Below, piece after piece: positions 35,892 to 46,614 of a DNA stretch of 64,000 nt. A program made the position numbers and the translations under genes. The number at the start of each line of letters is the position of its first letter. The first letter of the stretch is position 1. Where the stretch lies: positions 124,001 through 188,000 of the IMG/VR virus record IMGVR_UViG_3300048591_000147; one strand, written 5' to 3'. Below the pieces are notes generated by a model that did not search any database, was not told the DNA's origin, and saw only the letters and a program-made list of their open reading frames with translations.

Positions 35892-37634
35892 ATGAAAAAG
35901 AGAACTGGTGGGACGAATTTTAAATACGCTGATATACACTTCTATGTAGAAGCTGCTGAAGTGATTGATGCGCATAAGCTAATTTCATTGAATAGTGACG
36001 GTAAGGCTATCCTTGCTGATAATTCTATATCTAGAGCTATTGGCATGAGTGTTCAATATACTAATATAGGTGAAATGGTTAAGTTCGTTACATCTGGCGA
36101 AATCACCAATAAAGGTTGGATATTAGAATATCCATTGAATCATAAATTATTCTTAGGAGCATCTGGTAATTTTCTTCCCACTATCGACTCAGATCACATC
36201 ATACAGAAGATCGGTAGTGTTATATCACCTAATACTATAGAATTAGATGTTACCAACTATTTTATATTGAATCCTACTGCTACACCAATGTTTACTAGTA
36301 CTGCTACTCCTACTCCTACCGTTACGCCTACTGCGACAGTAACACCGACAATAACACCAACGATTACTGTAACTCCAACAACAACTCCAACGGTTACACC
36401 CACAATTACTCCAACGGTATCTGCTACGGTAACTCCAAGCGTGACAATGACACCTTCCATTACCCCTACGAATAGTATTGCGCCTACGTCCACACCTACC
36501 ATCACACCTACTATTAGCTTAACTCCAACGATTACACCTACAATGAGTTTGACACCTACTATCACCCCTACAAATGGCAGCATGCCAGAATTTATGGCAA
36601 TGGGCATATTTTCAAATGTGGGTGGAAACCCCCAACCATATTTGGCTAAAGTAAATTCTGACGCTTCATTTGATTCGTCATTCACCCCAATAGTAGACGG
36701 TACAATTCTATGCGGTGACAAACAAAGTGATGGAAAGATAATTATTTTCGGTGAACACCTGAACTATAACGGTATTCCAGTAACAAATTTAATGAGAATT
36801 AATACCGACAACACACTGGACAACACATTCTCATGCGCTATAACAGGTACGGTAAACGATATAAACGTTTTGGCTAGTGGAAAGATACTGATAGGTGGCA
36901 ATTTTACATTAGGAACGACAAGAAACTTTGCGAGACTAAACAGTGATGGTACATTAGATGAAACGTTCTACCTATTTGATGCGAACTTCAACGGGTATGT
37001 TTCTAGAATACTTGTTCTAACTGACAATAGCATTGTATTGTGTGGCACATTTACTACAATAACTGACACGGTTTCCAGAGTTTCTCTCGCCAAGTTCGAT
37101 GTTAATGGTGTAGTAGATGAGACATTTGATCTATTCATAGATGAATTATCTGGATTTACTACCGTTAATAGAGTTAGACAGAGAAGTGACGGCGACCTTA
37201 TTGTGTGTGGAGAATTCCAAAGAGTAGAAAGTAGCTTGTCTTATTTCTTACAGATTGAAGCGTCTGGAGCACCATATCTTGAGACATACATGGACGGCCC
37301 GGTGGCCGATTGCGACATACAATCAGATGATAAGGTGGTAATAATAGGTTCATTTACTGAAGTGGATACTATTGCTGTAGAGCATATCGCTAGAGTGGAT
37401 GCATTCGGTGCATTTGATGGTACGTTCCATTCGGCAAGTTTTGAGAATGGCGCACCATCTAATATTGAGATTATAACAGATGATTCTATTTTTGTATGGG
37501 GTGGATGGGAGACTACTGAGTTAGAAAATATTACTTATCTGGCTAGATATTATCCTACTGGATTTTTAAATGTTGGGTGGGATGCCAATATTGATTATTT
37601 CCTATCGACTAATGGATTTTTACATTTGGCATAA
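35892..37634 (+). CDS. Virion protein: capsid-cement-like N-domain, Thr/Pro mucin-like stalk, Delta-60-repeat beta-propeller
   Basis: ~100-aa TPT(I/V) run; repeats such as QSDGKIII.G, RLNSDGTLDETF. Confidence 0.75.
   Translation: MKKRTGGTNFKYADIHFYVEAAEVIDAHKLISLNSDGKAILADNSISRAIGMSVQYTNIGEMVKFVTSGEITNKGWILEYPLNHKLFLGASGNFLPTIDSDHIIQKIGSVISPNTIELDVTNYFILNPTATPMFTSTATPTPTVTPTATVTPTITPTITVTPTTTPTVTPTITPTVSATVTPSVTMTPSITPTNSIAPTSTPTITPTISLTPTITPTMSLTPTITPTNGSMPEFMAMGIFSNVGGNPQPYLAKVNSDASFDSSFTPIVDGTILCGDKQSDGKIIIFGEHLNYNGIPVTNLMRINTDNTLDNTFSCAITGTVNDINVLASGKILIGGNFTLGTTRNFARLNSDGTLDETFYLFDANFNGYVSRILVLTDNSIVLCGTFTTITDTVSRVSLAKFDVNGVVDETFDLFIDELSGFTTVNRVRQRSDGDLIVCGEFQRVESSLSYFLQIEASGAPYLETYMDGPVADCDIQSDDKVVIIGSFTEVDTIAVEHIARVDAFGAFDGTFHSASFENGAPSNIEIITDDSIFVWGGWETTELENITYLARYYPTGFLNVGWDANIDYFLSTNGFLHLA
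36273..36572 (+). repeat. Thr/Pro-rich tandem peptide repeat (TPTITPTVTP...)
   Basis: About 100 codons dominated by ACN/CCN with diversified third positions. Confidence 0.9.
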
Positions 37635-37696
37635 CTATATTGGCTTCAAAGTTCCACCATAGATAAATATTAATAAATTAGCCAATGGATTAAAAA

Positions 37697-38485
37697 ATGA
37701 AATTTTACGGTGATATAGAATTAATAAACGGATCGATACTAAATCTCAAAGTTGAAGAACTTGAGACATTGGACGTCGATACTGTAGACACGAACCGCCT
37801 TGTTGTTCATAACGGTGCATTATACTTTAACAATGGAGTTGCATACTACCCATTGATGTTTGACAACTCATTTGATGAAAATCCATTGATAATGTCACTA
37901 GGACAAAATTGGCTCAACGAAAATCAATCATTTAATCCAGTACCATTCAATGATCTGGATAATGTTAGTGACCTAGTATCTACTGATAGTCTGTTTAATG
38001 TCATACAACAATTAGACAGCGCTATTTCTGCTTTAGAAATAAATTCTATATTTGATTTGTCGGATGCGACACAGTCAGCACCATTTGCTGAAGGCCAAAT
38101 TTTGTTATACGGTGTAGATTCATTTTTCAATCTACCGCTGCAAGATGCGTTCGATTCATATGTTCAATACAATATAACAGATGCTGAAGATTTCTCACTC
38201 AATGTCATTTTAACCGAGTCTGACATCATGACATGGGATGCTGATATTGGTAAGTTCACTAATACAAAAAGCTACTATACGTATTCAAGTGATGTATTAC
38301 AGGCGAGTTACACACTCGCCCATCATTTAGGAAAAAAGTATTGTATTGTTGAGGTTATAGACAAGACAACAAATTTGAAAATCCCTAGTGATCAATACAC
38401 TGTAGAATATTTCACGAATGACATCCTTGGCGTTGTACTTGATACGCCTGCCATAGCACACATAATCGTGTTTAGTTTATCTTGA
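37697..38485 (+). CDS. Putative virion structural protein (acidic)
   Basis: TAAATA 37664; C-terminal HHLGKKY decoration-type motif. Confidence 0.6.
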   Translation: MKFYGDIELINGSILNLKVEELETLDVDTVDTNRLVVHNGALYFNNGVAYYPLMFDNSFDENPLIMSLGQNWLNENQSFNPVPFNDLDNVSDLVSTDSLFNVIQQLDSAISALEINSIFDLSDATQSAPFAEGQILLYGVDSFFNLPLQDAFDSYVQYNITDAEDFSLNVILTESDIMTWDADIGKFTNTKSYYTYSSDVLQASYTLAHHLGKKYCIVEVIDKTTNLKIPSDQYTVEYFTNDILGVVLDTPAIAHIIVFSLS

Positions 38486-38699
38486 ACTCAGTCGAGTCAG
38501 TGCATACTATTGTATGCACTTTGCCGGTTATCGCTACCTTCATCGTCTTCCACCCATCATGCTTCTCACATGTTTTTTGAGCTATGTCATAATTTTCTTT
38601 ACTTAAAGGATATTTTATGGACACAGCTATTAAGAATCCTAACAAAGTTCCTACTAAAATAGCAAGTGTGAGTATTTTATATATTTGTGGCATAGTCAT
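38472..38699 (-). CDS. Small membrane-anchored protein
   Basis: N-terminal TM; C..HDG...C. Confidence 0.6.
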   Translation of the reverse strand: MTMPQIYKILTLAILVGTLLGFLIAVSIKYPLSKENYDIAQKTCEKHDGWKTMKVAITGKVHTIVCTDSTEFKIN

Positions 38700-39556
38700 T
38701 CCGAAAATGGGTATACGATGGCTGGATGCGATTTATAATCAACTAGTTGGAAGTGTTCCACCTTCACCCAAGTCTCCAAATCATCTAAAGTCTTTATAGA
38801 CTCATCAATGATCAATTTTGGAGAACCACACGAATGTCTTGTAATTTGTTGTCGCATGCCTTCTACCTGATCTTGATATATGTGGATGTTCCATCCAAAG
38901 TGTGCCAGTTTACCCGGCTTAAATCCTGTTATCCTACATACTAACAACAGTAATAAAGCGTATGACGCAATATTATATGGACAGCCAAGTGGAACATCCA
39001 TGGATCTTTGGATCATACTAATATTTAGTTTGTCGCCCTCTATTCCAAACATATACATAAGATGACATGGCGCAAGAGCCATCTGGTCTATCTCTGCTGG
39101 ATTCCAATGAGTAACTATCAATCGTCTGTCGTCGTTTCGTGCTGACAATCTGTCTATTACCGATTTCAATTGGTCAACACTGCCGCCATCCGCCGCTTGC
39201 CACGATCTAGCTTGTACCCCGTAAATCCTTCCAAGATCGTCTTCACCACGTCTATTAGGATTTGCCAACCAATGTTTTGAGACATTTGCGTTAGCGTCCC
39301 ATATCTTAGTGCCAGCTTCTCTAAACTGGGCTGCGTTGTCGTAACCTCGTATAAATCCCAAAAGTTCTGCCACAATCGGATTTATGCTCATTTTTTTGGT
39401 TGTTAAGAGCGGGAAGTATCCATCTGATAGGTCGTAATTACTTAGATCACCAAAATACGTTATACAACGTTTCTTAGTACGCTCATTGAATGTTATCGAA
39501 CCTTCCTCCAATACCTTCTTACATAAATTTATGTACGTTTCATCAAAATTTGTCAT
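38696..39556 (-). CDS. thyA: Thymidylate synthase
   Basis: FPLLTTKK, DLGRIYGVQ, MALAPCH (catalytic Cys), QRSMD..LG.PYNIASY, HIY. Confidence 0.95.
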   Translation of the reverse strand: MTNFDETYINLCKKVLEEGSITFNERTKKRCITYFGDLSNYDLSDGYFPLLTTKKMSINPIVAELLGFIRGYDNAAQFREAGTKIWDANANVSKHWLANPNRRGEDDLGRIYGVQARSWQAADGGSVDQLKSVIDRLSARNDDRRLIVTHWNPAEIDQMALAPCHLMYMFGIEGDKLNISMIQRSMDVPLGCPYNIASYALLLLLVCRITGFKPGKLAHFGWNIHIYQDQVEGMRQQITRHSCGSPKLIIDESIKTLDDLETWVKVEHFQLVDYKSHPAIVYPFSE

Positions 39557-40299
39557 TCCACGTCACTCCATATTGACTGTTTCTTTACATTATTCACACA
39601 CTCAATTATCTTTCTACATTTCTCAATAGAAAACCAATCGTTTTCTCGAACACCACTTTCCATATCTAAGTAAACTGGAGTAGCGCCAGACGCCAATTCC
39701 ACGTCATACGCAATCTTATGAATAGTTTCTGGATTTATACCACCAGCATATCCAGTGTAAAACCCTTTAAAAGGTTTGTCAATCTTCTCAATAGTGCGAC
39801 CAAATCCACCAGAACCATCATACAACAGTCGAATTTTAATATCATCATTGTTGTTTTGGCTTTCAATATAATCCACTAGTTTCTGTTTTGATTTATTGGC
39901 TTGGAATATCACTTCATTAGTTCTTGAAGTCCATGCAGCCGCCAATGCTTTTTCTACAATACTTGGAATATCCTTCTGATCTTTCAAGGAAAAGTTTAAT
40001 TGCACCGCGTCAAATTCATTATCATTGAACATAGCTTGCATGAAAACTGGATCTTTGTTTAAGAATTTGTCTACGCTTGTACCACATAAATGTAGTGACA
40101 GTGCGTAAGGTAAATTACCATTATACAGTGATGCGAACGCATCTATGATTCTTTGAGAAGGATATCTGTTATTCTTTTTTGTTTCGCTATATAATATACC
40201 AAATTCCAACTTAACAATAGACTGACTTGCAAGAGTTTTCAATTCTTGCAAGTCAGTCCTCTCGTCCACACCAACCAAAGAAATTCTATCAATACTCAT
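39553..40299 (-). CDS. TIM-barrel protein (PRAI/TrpF-like), function unknown
   Basis: LHLCG, VQLN, LYDGSGGFG, GYAGGINPE, YLDMESGVR. Confidence 0.7.
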   Translation of the reverse strand: MSIDRISLVGVDERTDLQELKTLASQSIVKLEFGILYSETKKNNRYPSQRIIDAFASLYNGNLPYALSLHLCGTSVDKFLNKDPVFMQAMFNDNEFDAVQLNFSLKDQKDIPSIVEKALAAAWTSRTNEVIFQANKSKQKLVDYIESQNNNDDIKIRLLYDGSGGFGRTIEKIDKPFKGFYTGYAGGINPETIHKIAYDVELASGATPVYLDMESGVRENDWFSIEKCRKIIECVNNVKKQSIWSDVE

Positions 40300-40300
40300 C

Positions 40301-41170
40301 TTACATCTCCGTCAATTTTTTAATCTGTTCCAATCGCTCTTTATACGCTAGAATTTCTTGATTCACTTCGTTGATGTTTCCATAACGAATTTCGAAACAC
40401 TGAATCAGCAAGGTGCGCAAGTACGTCCAGTCCGGTGCATAAGGAATCTTGGATTCAACATATAACTTCTGAAGAGAGATTTCTTTCTCTTTGAACCAAG
40501 TTTTCAACTCGTCCATGTTATACATGCCATTACGCACGGACTTGATGATGTCACCGTTTTTCTCAAGGTTTAAATCGCGTTCGGTCAAAATCTGTTCACA
40601 TTCTAAGCATAGACGTACTAAATGCCCAGCATATTTAGTGTCATACCCGTATTTGTCTACAAGTTCCTTTCGCTTTCCGATAGGCTCTTTGTTTTCCATC
40701 TTCTTAAACTGTGAATGCGCATAACCTAAGAATTTCTGTACGCTACCTTTATGTAAGAACTGCTGACGAGCAGACCTGAGATGTTTTCCGACCTGATCTT
40801 CAGACAACACGCATCGCTGTGGTAAGAACAACACGTCAACGATGTTTGGGTTGTTCTCAGCCGCAAGACTAAAAAATTTGACAATAGAAATGATGTTGAT
40901 GTCATATTCTTTTTCATTGTGCTGAATGTGGTGCTGATTCATAGTCTCGAAAAATTCCGGTGCAGGACCGAACCCTCTGACGTAGCCCGTTCTATGAGGA
41001 AACGCCATGCCCAACGGCAACATGCAGATGCCATAGACATCTAGATCGCTAGTGTCATTCGTCGCTGCATACGCAAAGGAACCCGTGATGCCCTCGAAAA
41101 CGATGTCGGACATGAAATCTTTCGACAGACTTAATTTTCCAGCTTTATGTAATGCTTTAATTGCGCTCAT
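40301..41170 (-). CDS. Pol-beta-superfamily nucleotidyltransferase (PF10127-like)
   Basis: GSFAYA...SDLDVYG, NNPNIVDVLF, GYDTKYAGHLVRL; start moved to 41170. Confidence 0.85.
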   Translation of the reverse strand: MSAIKALHKAGKLSLSKDFMSDIVFEGITGSFAYAATNDTSDLDVYGICMLPLGMAFPHRTGYVRGFGPAPEFFETMNQHHIQHNEKEYDINIISIVKFFSLAAENNPNIVDVLFLPQRCVLSEDQVGKHLRSARQQFLHKGSVQKFLGYAHSQFKKMENKEPIGKRKELVDKYGYDTKYAGHLVRLCLECEQILTERDLNLEKNGDIIKSVRNGMYNMDELKTWFKEKEISLQKLYVESKIPYAPDWTYLRTLLIQCFEIRYGNINEVNQEILAYKERLEQIKKLTEM

Positions 41171-41264
41171 GGTAGTACTCTGTTGTAAGTGAGCGCACAT
41201 GATACGATAAACATATTCTAAAGTCAAACGCACATGATAAATATGATACAAACGGAGTTTATTA

Positions 41265-42455
41265 ATGAGCCAAGATTACATTCCAGTCCAAATAATGGGT
41301 ACTGTAAAGATATTCGATACACACACTAAAGAAATACTAAGACATAAAAGAAATGCGATTCATCCACAGAATATGTCTAGAATTATAGCAAGAGCCTTGG
41401 CGAGAGAGCAAAATTCGTACATCTTCAGAATGGCGTTCGGTAATGGTGGGTCGCAGATAGACTCTGTAGCCAACATAATATTCAATCCTCCAAACACTGG
41501 TGAAACCGATGGCTGGCAGTCTCGTCTATATAACGAAACATATTCGGAAATTGTGGACGAGAATAATATAAATTTTAAACAAGATCCCGGTTCTTGTGAT
41601 AGTTCAAACTGTCGTTTAGGTGGTGGTGCCTCTCCGTTGGATGACCCATCGAATGGTGGCGTTGAATCTGTCGAAGTTGGAGTTAAATCCAACGTTATCA
41701 TAACAGTCGTTTTAAACGAACATGAGCCATCAGGGCAGGTTTTAACAGACGACCTTGGGGTTGTTGTGGATGATTACGAAAAGTGCTTCCTGTTTGACGA
41801 GATTGGCTTGTACAGTCCCGGCCTACCTGCTAGACACACCAACGGTTACGCTAACGTGGATGTTAACACAAAAACTTCAACCGATGTTGCAGCATTAGCA
41901 GTTTCTAGTGCATACAATCTAGAAATATCTGTAAACGGTACTGCATACTCTTGTGTGATAACTACACCAGCTTCTGGTACTGGTAGTGGTGGGGAAATCA
42001 CATATGGTGATCTTTGTGAAGGTATAAATGATGGCAGTTGGATAACAAGTGGTACTAATATCAGCACATTGGTATATGTTTACATTACGGACGACTCAGA
42101 AGGTACGTATCCCACTATTATCAACAAACAAAGCTATGGTTATTTGACCTTCCAGAGTAGAACAACTGGTATCAACTCAGTGGTGTCTTTGACATGTATT
42201 CCAGAAGTTGGAGATTTCTTTTATACCCTAACCGGCAATGATTGCGCTGACTGTAACATAACAGCCGCATCTGGCGTCAACGCAGGCGTGCAAAATGATC
42301 CTGTTGTACCTGACAACGAGCGCGAACGATTGCTTACCCATTTTATATTCAGCCCTATCTTAAAAAGTGGTGATCGTAGTATTACGATTGAATACACATT
42401 GACCGTTTCTGTTGGTCAATCATCTGACTCTGAGGTATTTCAGGAAATAACCTAA
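41265..42455 (+). CDS. Virion structural (baseplate/tail) protein
   Basis: TAAATA 41238; MAFGNGG, FDEIGLY, LLTHFIFSPILKS..R.I.IEYTL motifs of large-myovirus baseplate proteins. Confidence 0.7.
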   Translation: MSQDYIPVQIMGTVKIFDTHTKEILRHKRNAIHPQNMSRIIARALAREQNSYIFRMAFGNGGSQIDSVANIIFNPPNTGETDGWQSRLYNETYSEIVDENNINFKQDPGSCDSSNCRLGGGASPLDDPSNGGVESVEVGVKSNVIITVVLNEHEPSGQVLTDDLGVVVDDYEKCFLFDEIGLYSPGLPARHTNGYANVDVNTKTSTDVAALAVSSAYNLEISVNGTAYSCVITTPASGTGSGGEITYGDLCEGINDGSWITSGTNISTLVYVYITDDSEGTYPTIINKQSYGYLTFQSRTTGINSVVSLTCIPEVGDFFYTLTGNDCADCNITAASGVNAGVQNDPVVPDNERERLLTHFIFSPILKSGDRSITIEYTLTVSVGQSSDSEVFQEIT

Positions 42456-42465
42456 GCGACAAATA

Positions 42466-44130
42466 TCAATTGGTGTATTTGTCGTTCTCTCTTCTTGATT
42501 TAGGGGCGTAGTGGTACTTTCTGTGATGGTTGGTCAACGACATTAACAGACAGCCACTACGTATTTTATTTTCTTGTTGTAGTGATTCCACATGAGACAT
42601 CCAAGTCTGTTCGTAAGTGTGAGCCCATTTAGTGTCTAAGAATACTTTAGTATTGCCACTCTTATTAAAGACTAATGGCCAATTACAATAATGGTGGTGT
42701 CCTACTGAATATGGTAGGCTTTCATAAACATTAATATAATGTATCTTTGCTAATTTTTCGTCTTGTTTATGTATGGACGTAGTGAAATACTTTGATTTTC
42801 TTTCTTTCGGTACGTTATACCATGCCCAGTCTACAAAATTATCTCCGAAAAATTCTGAGAAAGAAGTCTTGAGATAATCCAAATTCTCATTCTGCATTAT
42901 AGTTATGCATTTGTTTAACCAATTTTTGTGATAGGTATTAAACCCAGACTTACATATGGTATTTGTAGTATGGAATAACATATCATCCTCAAACATTATA
43001 TAATATTCATGGCCACTTTCGTTAAAGTGTTCAGCTATGAACTGTCTGGCGCTATTGATACCAATGTTGTCAAATTTGAATTCCTCAAAATTATATTTGT
43101 CAAACAATTCTTTATATTGTGCACTTGTTGCTGCATCGGTTGAATTATTTACAACATATTTTTTACACGAATTGAATATTTCTGGGTATACAGCTACAAA
43201 GTTTTCAACCCAGTATTGAAATTGGTTAGGTAAATTATATGTTAACGCATATATCGCTGTCTGTTCAGAGTTACCAGAGACTTCCGAGTTCTTAACGTCT
43301 TCGAAGAATTTGCATACCAATCCGTTGCCTTCTATCATTCTGATGTTGCATAACTCTGGGTGCTTATATGTTATTAATGTGAACACACTTTCTTCCGTTC
43401 CCATCAACCCATCATCAAGCGTTGAAGCTAATAACTGGTAGTAGAGATTATTGATTTGTTCTATGTGGTATCTATTACCACCAAAGAATCCGCCTCTGGC
43501 CACATGTGTAGTATCAGTACCAGCATAACGATTCATACCAGCTTTAGTAAATCCATGCACTTCAATCTGTCCGTCATATGGGAAGCACACGTATAACATC
43601 TTGTTCAAATGTTTTATTAACTTTCTTTCAAAAAGCGGGAATTCCTTTTCGTTGAAATACTGGTCTAGGTTCACCGTGTTAGCTAAGCCGCTGTCTATCC
43701 AACAAAACATATTGGTCTTGAAATGGTTAAATATCGAACTATCGTTCAGCATGAACTGCTTTTGCATTGTTATTAGATTGTAGTGTTTTAACTTTGCTTG
43801 TGGGGATTGAGCCAGCCAGCCAGCTTGATTAAGCCATGCTTCAGTATTTCTAATCTTTTCAACTTGTTCTACAAATGGAAAAGATTCCAATTCTTTTAAA
43901 GATCTATTGATTATTTTGATATTTTCTTTTTTATGTGACTGTACGAACTCATTGAGAGATTCTTCACAATATACAACTAGATTTATATGCTGATACTTCA
44001 ATAGTTTAGAAAAACATTCTTTATAATGTTCAAAAGATCTAGAGAATCCGCTCGCTAAGTGCTCTCTACCAATGTCAAATAATGCAGTAACGAACGTTAT
44101 ATCTGATTTTTTCATCCTAATTAATTCCAA
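42466..44130 (-). CDS. HtrL/YibB-family domain fused to a C-terminal GT-A glycosyltransferase domain
   Basis: TFVTALFDIGR, WIDSG, GGFFGG, GTEESV; C-term YIMFEDD; TAAATA on - at 44139-44144. Confidence 0.75.
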   Translation of the reverse strand: MELIRMKKSDITFVTALFDIGREHLASGFSRSFEHYKECFSKLLKYQHINLVVYCEESLNEFVQSHKKENIKIINRSLKELESFPFVEQVEKIRNTEAWLNQAGWLAQSPQAKLKHYNLITMQKQFMLNDSSIFNHFKTNMFCWIDSGLANTVNLDQYFNEKEFPLFERKLIKHLNKMLYVCFPYDGQIEVHGFTKAGMNRYAGTDTTHVARGGFFGGNRYHIEQINNLYYQLLASTLDDGLMGTEESVFTLITYKHPELCNIRMIEGNGLVCKFFEDVKNSEVSGNSEQTAIYALTYNLPNQFQYWVENFVAVYPEIFNSCKKYVVNNSTDAATSAQYKELFDKYNFEEFKFDNIGINSARQFIAEHFNESGHEYYIMFEDDMLFHTTNTICKSGFNTYHKNWLNKCITIMQNENLDYLKTSFSEFFGDNFVDWAWYNVPKERKSKYFTTSIHKQDEKLAKIHYINVYESLPYSVGHHHYCNWPLVFNKSGNTKVFLDTKWAHTYEQTWMSHVESLQQENKIRSGCLLMSLTNHHRKYHYAPKSRRENDKYTN

Positions 44131-44155
44131 TTTTTAGTTATTTATCGTAGTGAAA

Positions 44156-44887
44156 TTATACCACACTTGAGTAGAAATCAGAAAGCTTAAACGTCTTGTC
44201 CTCGTTAAATGGGCCATTGTCGTGTATTATTGCTGGCGCGTGTCTGGAAAATCCAGTGAATTTATTGTCTTTAATGTTTAGTAATTCGATTGATTCATGG
44301 GTACTGAAAAAGAGTTTTCGCTCATGATCCAATTTAATATCTGCACCATTAGTCAGATACAACCAAGTCCATGCGCCTTGGTCTTCCATTACACCATCTC
44401 TACCATGCGCGATAATTTTATCAAGCGCATCAACTATATGATCTCTTTTGCCTATGTAGGTGCCAGAATTTAGGTATGGGGTGTCCCATTCTTTAGTGTC
44501 ATACAAATGAGTGTATTTTGTGTTAGGCCACAAACCACGTTCTGCACCTATAACAATATTTGCATCGAAGGTGTGAAATTTGTTTAAAATATCATCCTTG
44601 TTTGTGACTATGCCAGTGTCCAATGCATCCATGAACAATAGATAATCGTTGTTTTTGATATGTTTAATTATGTTTTCTCTGAGCCTTATGATCTTATAGA
44701 AGAATAGTTTGGAATAATAATCGTTCTCATTGTTGCAGAATACTTTATACTCGTTGTCGGTATCGCTGTTATCTCTGAATACAATTATCTCATCATCGGC
44801 AAAACTCTTACGCGCCGATTTGTAAAAGATTGGCTGGATGTGATCTGGGTAGTTATATAGTACGGTGATTAAAATTAGGTTACTCAT
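44156..44887 (-). CDS. PLOD-type (procollagen lysyl hydroxylase N-domain) glycosyltransferase
   Basis: FMDALD, IGAERGLWP, YLNSGTYIG, EDQ, IKLD, IIHDNG. Confidence 0.75.
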   Translation of the reverse strand: MSNLILITVLYNYPDHIQPIFYKSARKSFADDEIIVFRDNSDTDNEYKVFCNNENDYYSKLFFYKIIRLRENIIKHIKNNDYLLFMDALDTGIVTNKDDILNKFHTFDANIVIGAERGLWPNTKYTHLYDTKEWDTPYLNSGTYIGKRDHIVDALDKIIAHGRDGVMEDQGAWTWLYLTNGADIKLDHERKLFFSTHESIELLNIKDNKFTGFSRHAPAIIHDNGPFNEDKTFKLSDFYSSVV

Positions 44888-44890
44888 TTG

Positions 44891-45619
44891 TTATACCTCA
44901 TAAAAAGTTCTTTGTTTGTTGCTGTAGAAAATGAATGCGCCGCCCAACGTCTGTTTTATGTGGAATTTTATTCCAGCATCTAACGCTGCCATGCCGATTT
45001 CTAATCCTTCTGCGTATGCCATACCTTTGTCAGCCGTACATTTTCTTTCCAATTCTGCCCATGCCGTTATGAATTTACCGATTTTATCGTTTTTTTGGAA
45101 GATTAGATATTGTTCGTTTACTATCTGGCACTGATCATACTTGTCCGTTTTATCTAAACCATAAAATACTATTTTCTCTTGTGGTAAAAATGTGCGCTGC
45201 AATTTTTCATCAATTAGATGTCTACCTCTACCTGCCATACCGTCACATTTCATTGTCAGCATTTCTTGAATGCATGCCTCGAATTTTGAGATATTTGCGT
45301 CGAATTTAAGCAACCAATCACAGTCGATATACGCAATATACTTACAGTCCTCCGCATTTGCGAAAGATATTGGGACTAATTTCAGATTATAGTTGAAGTT
45401 CCTTACATGATCAGATAAATTACTTGTCCGAGAATATGACCTATCTAATTCTTTCAATATAAGTCGTTCACTCGACATGTTATTAAAATATGCGATATTG
45501 TCAGTCACGACCAATAGTCTGCTGTCAGTTTTCTTCTCTATAGTCTTAAATAAATTCTGCGCGTAACCATTATATTCGTTACCGACCGCTAAGGTACAGA
45601 ACAGTATATCATATTTCAT
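44891..45619 (-). CDS. GT-A glycosyltransferase
   Basis: TLAVGNEY, VVTD, YIDCD (DxD). Confidence 0.6.
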   Translation of the reverse strand: MKYDILFCTLAVGNEYNGYAQNLFKTIEKKTDSRLLVVTDNIAYFNNMSSERLILKELDRSYSRTSNLSDHVRNFNYNLKLVPISFANAEDCKYIAYIDCDWLLKFDANISKFEACIQEMLTMKCDGMAGRGRHLIDEKLQRTFLPQEKIVFYGLDKTDKYDQCQIVNEQYLIFQKNDKIGKFITAWAELERKCTADKGMAYAEGLEIGMAALDAGIKFHIKQTLGGAFIFYSNKQRTFYEV

Positions 45620-46605
45620 TAACCGATGACTCTATCAAAGAACTCTATAATCCTATCCGAATCATAGTATAATGGTAACTTATTATCATGAAAATATGGT
45701 TGTGACAGCATTTTCTTACATTTGGTATCGTCGCCGTCTATCGATTTTACAAATTCTCCGACGTCTTCAAACGATTTAAAGTCGTGGCAGTTTATAAAGC
45801 TTTCAGGGTTGAAATCGTCAGTAATACAATTATTACCATAGAATATAGGAATAGTATTTGCTGCGAATGCATGGACTATTTTTTCCTGAGTTAATTTTGG
45901 CGTGTTCGTATACTGGAATGCTATATTGAATTTGCATTCTTTGAAAAATTGGATTTTACTTCTGTATGTCAGCCCGTCTATCCTCCCATAATATTCTCTT
46001 CGAAGATAAGGATATTTTACAGGTTTCTCATGCTCTGACACGGTTGGTCGCCATGGACCAGAACTTTTGATTGGCTTATACTTCGCTAGTATATCAAACA
46101 GTCTGCCTCGGTCTGCATTATCACTTGCTTGAACCACTGAACAGAATTTCTTATATTGAGAGAACATATCGTCTACATTCTTTTCCCTTGTCATCCACGA
46201 AAAGGGTTCATCAAATATTCTACTTTCATCATATAATACCCATGTGTCCAATACATACGTAGGGAATTTGAGATATCTTGGATGATCGATGTCGGAAAAT
46301 CCTAGTGCGTAATGATTTGGAGAACTGTTCACGGTATCACGGTATGATGTTTCATTAAATAGCTCACCAGTGATAAACACCTTCTTGACGTGTTCCCCAT
46401 ATTCATCTATTTTTCTATTGTTGCCACCAGTGTAATAATCAAAATTCCCACCCTCATTATGGAAGTTGGTGTAGAATACTATATCTGGGTCGTGAGAATC
46501 TATGACAACATTATATTTTTTTGATAACACCCATTTGAAATAATTCATCCACGAGAACATGGAATCGATTGGGAAGTTGGTCCTACTTAATTTTATAGTT
46601 CTCAT
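45619..46605 (-). CDS. GT10 alpha-1,3-fucosyltransferase-like protein
   Basis: KVFITGE, KFCSVV, KFNIAFQ...TQEKIVHAF.A.TIPIFYG, DFNPESFIN. Confidence 0.82.
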   Translation of the reverse strand: MRTIKLSRTNFPIDSMFSWMNYFKWVLSKKYNVVIDSHDPDIVFYTNFHNEGGNFDYYTGGNNRKIDEYGEHVKKVFITGELFNETSYRDTVNSSPNHYALGFSDIDHPRYLKFPTYVLDTWVLYDESRIFDEPFSWMTREKNVDDMFSQYKKFCSVVQASDNADRGRLFDILAKYKPIKSSGPWRPTVSEHEKPVKYPYLRREYYGRIDGLTYRSKIQFFKECKFNIAFQYTNTPKLTQEKIVHAFAANTIPIFYGNNCITDDFNPESFINCHDFKSFEDVGEFVKSIDGDDTKCKKMLSQPYFHDNKLPLYYDSDRIIEFFDRVIG

Positions 46606-46614
46606 TTAAAACCC

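Noticed and set aside
36257-36721. Antisense Val/Gly-rich ORF, and other long antisense ORFs such as 530-1045, 5765-6424, 56347-56913 and 59599-60234
   Set aside because: These are shadows of real genes on the opposite strand (repeat or codon bias), without convincing RBS or promoter support.
38696-39556. dCMP hydroxymethylase/hypermodified-base pathway feeding the glycosyltransferases
   Set aside because: The enzyme keeps the dUMP-specifying Asn (PYNIASY) and canonical ThyA motifs, and the GT families present are protein/glycan types rather than T4 DNA glucosyltransferases.
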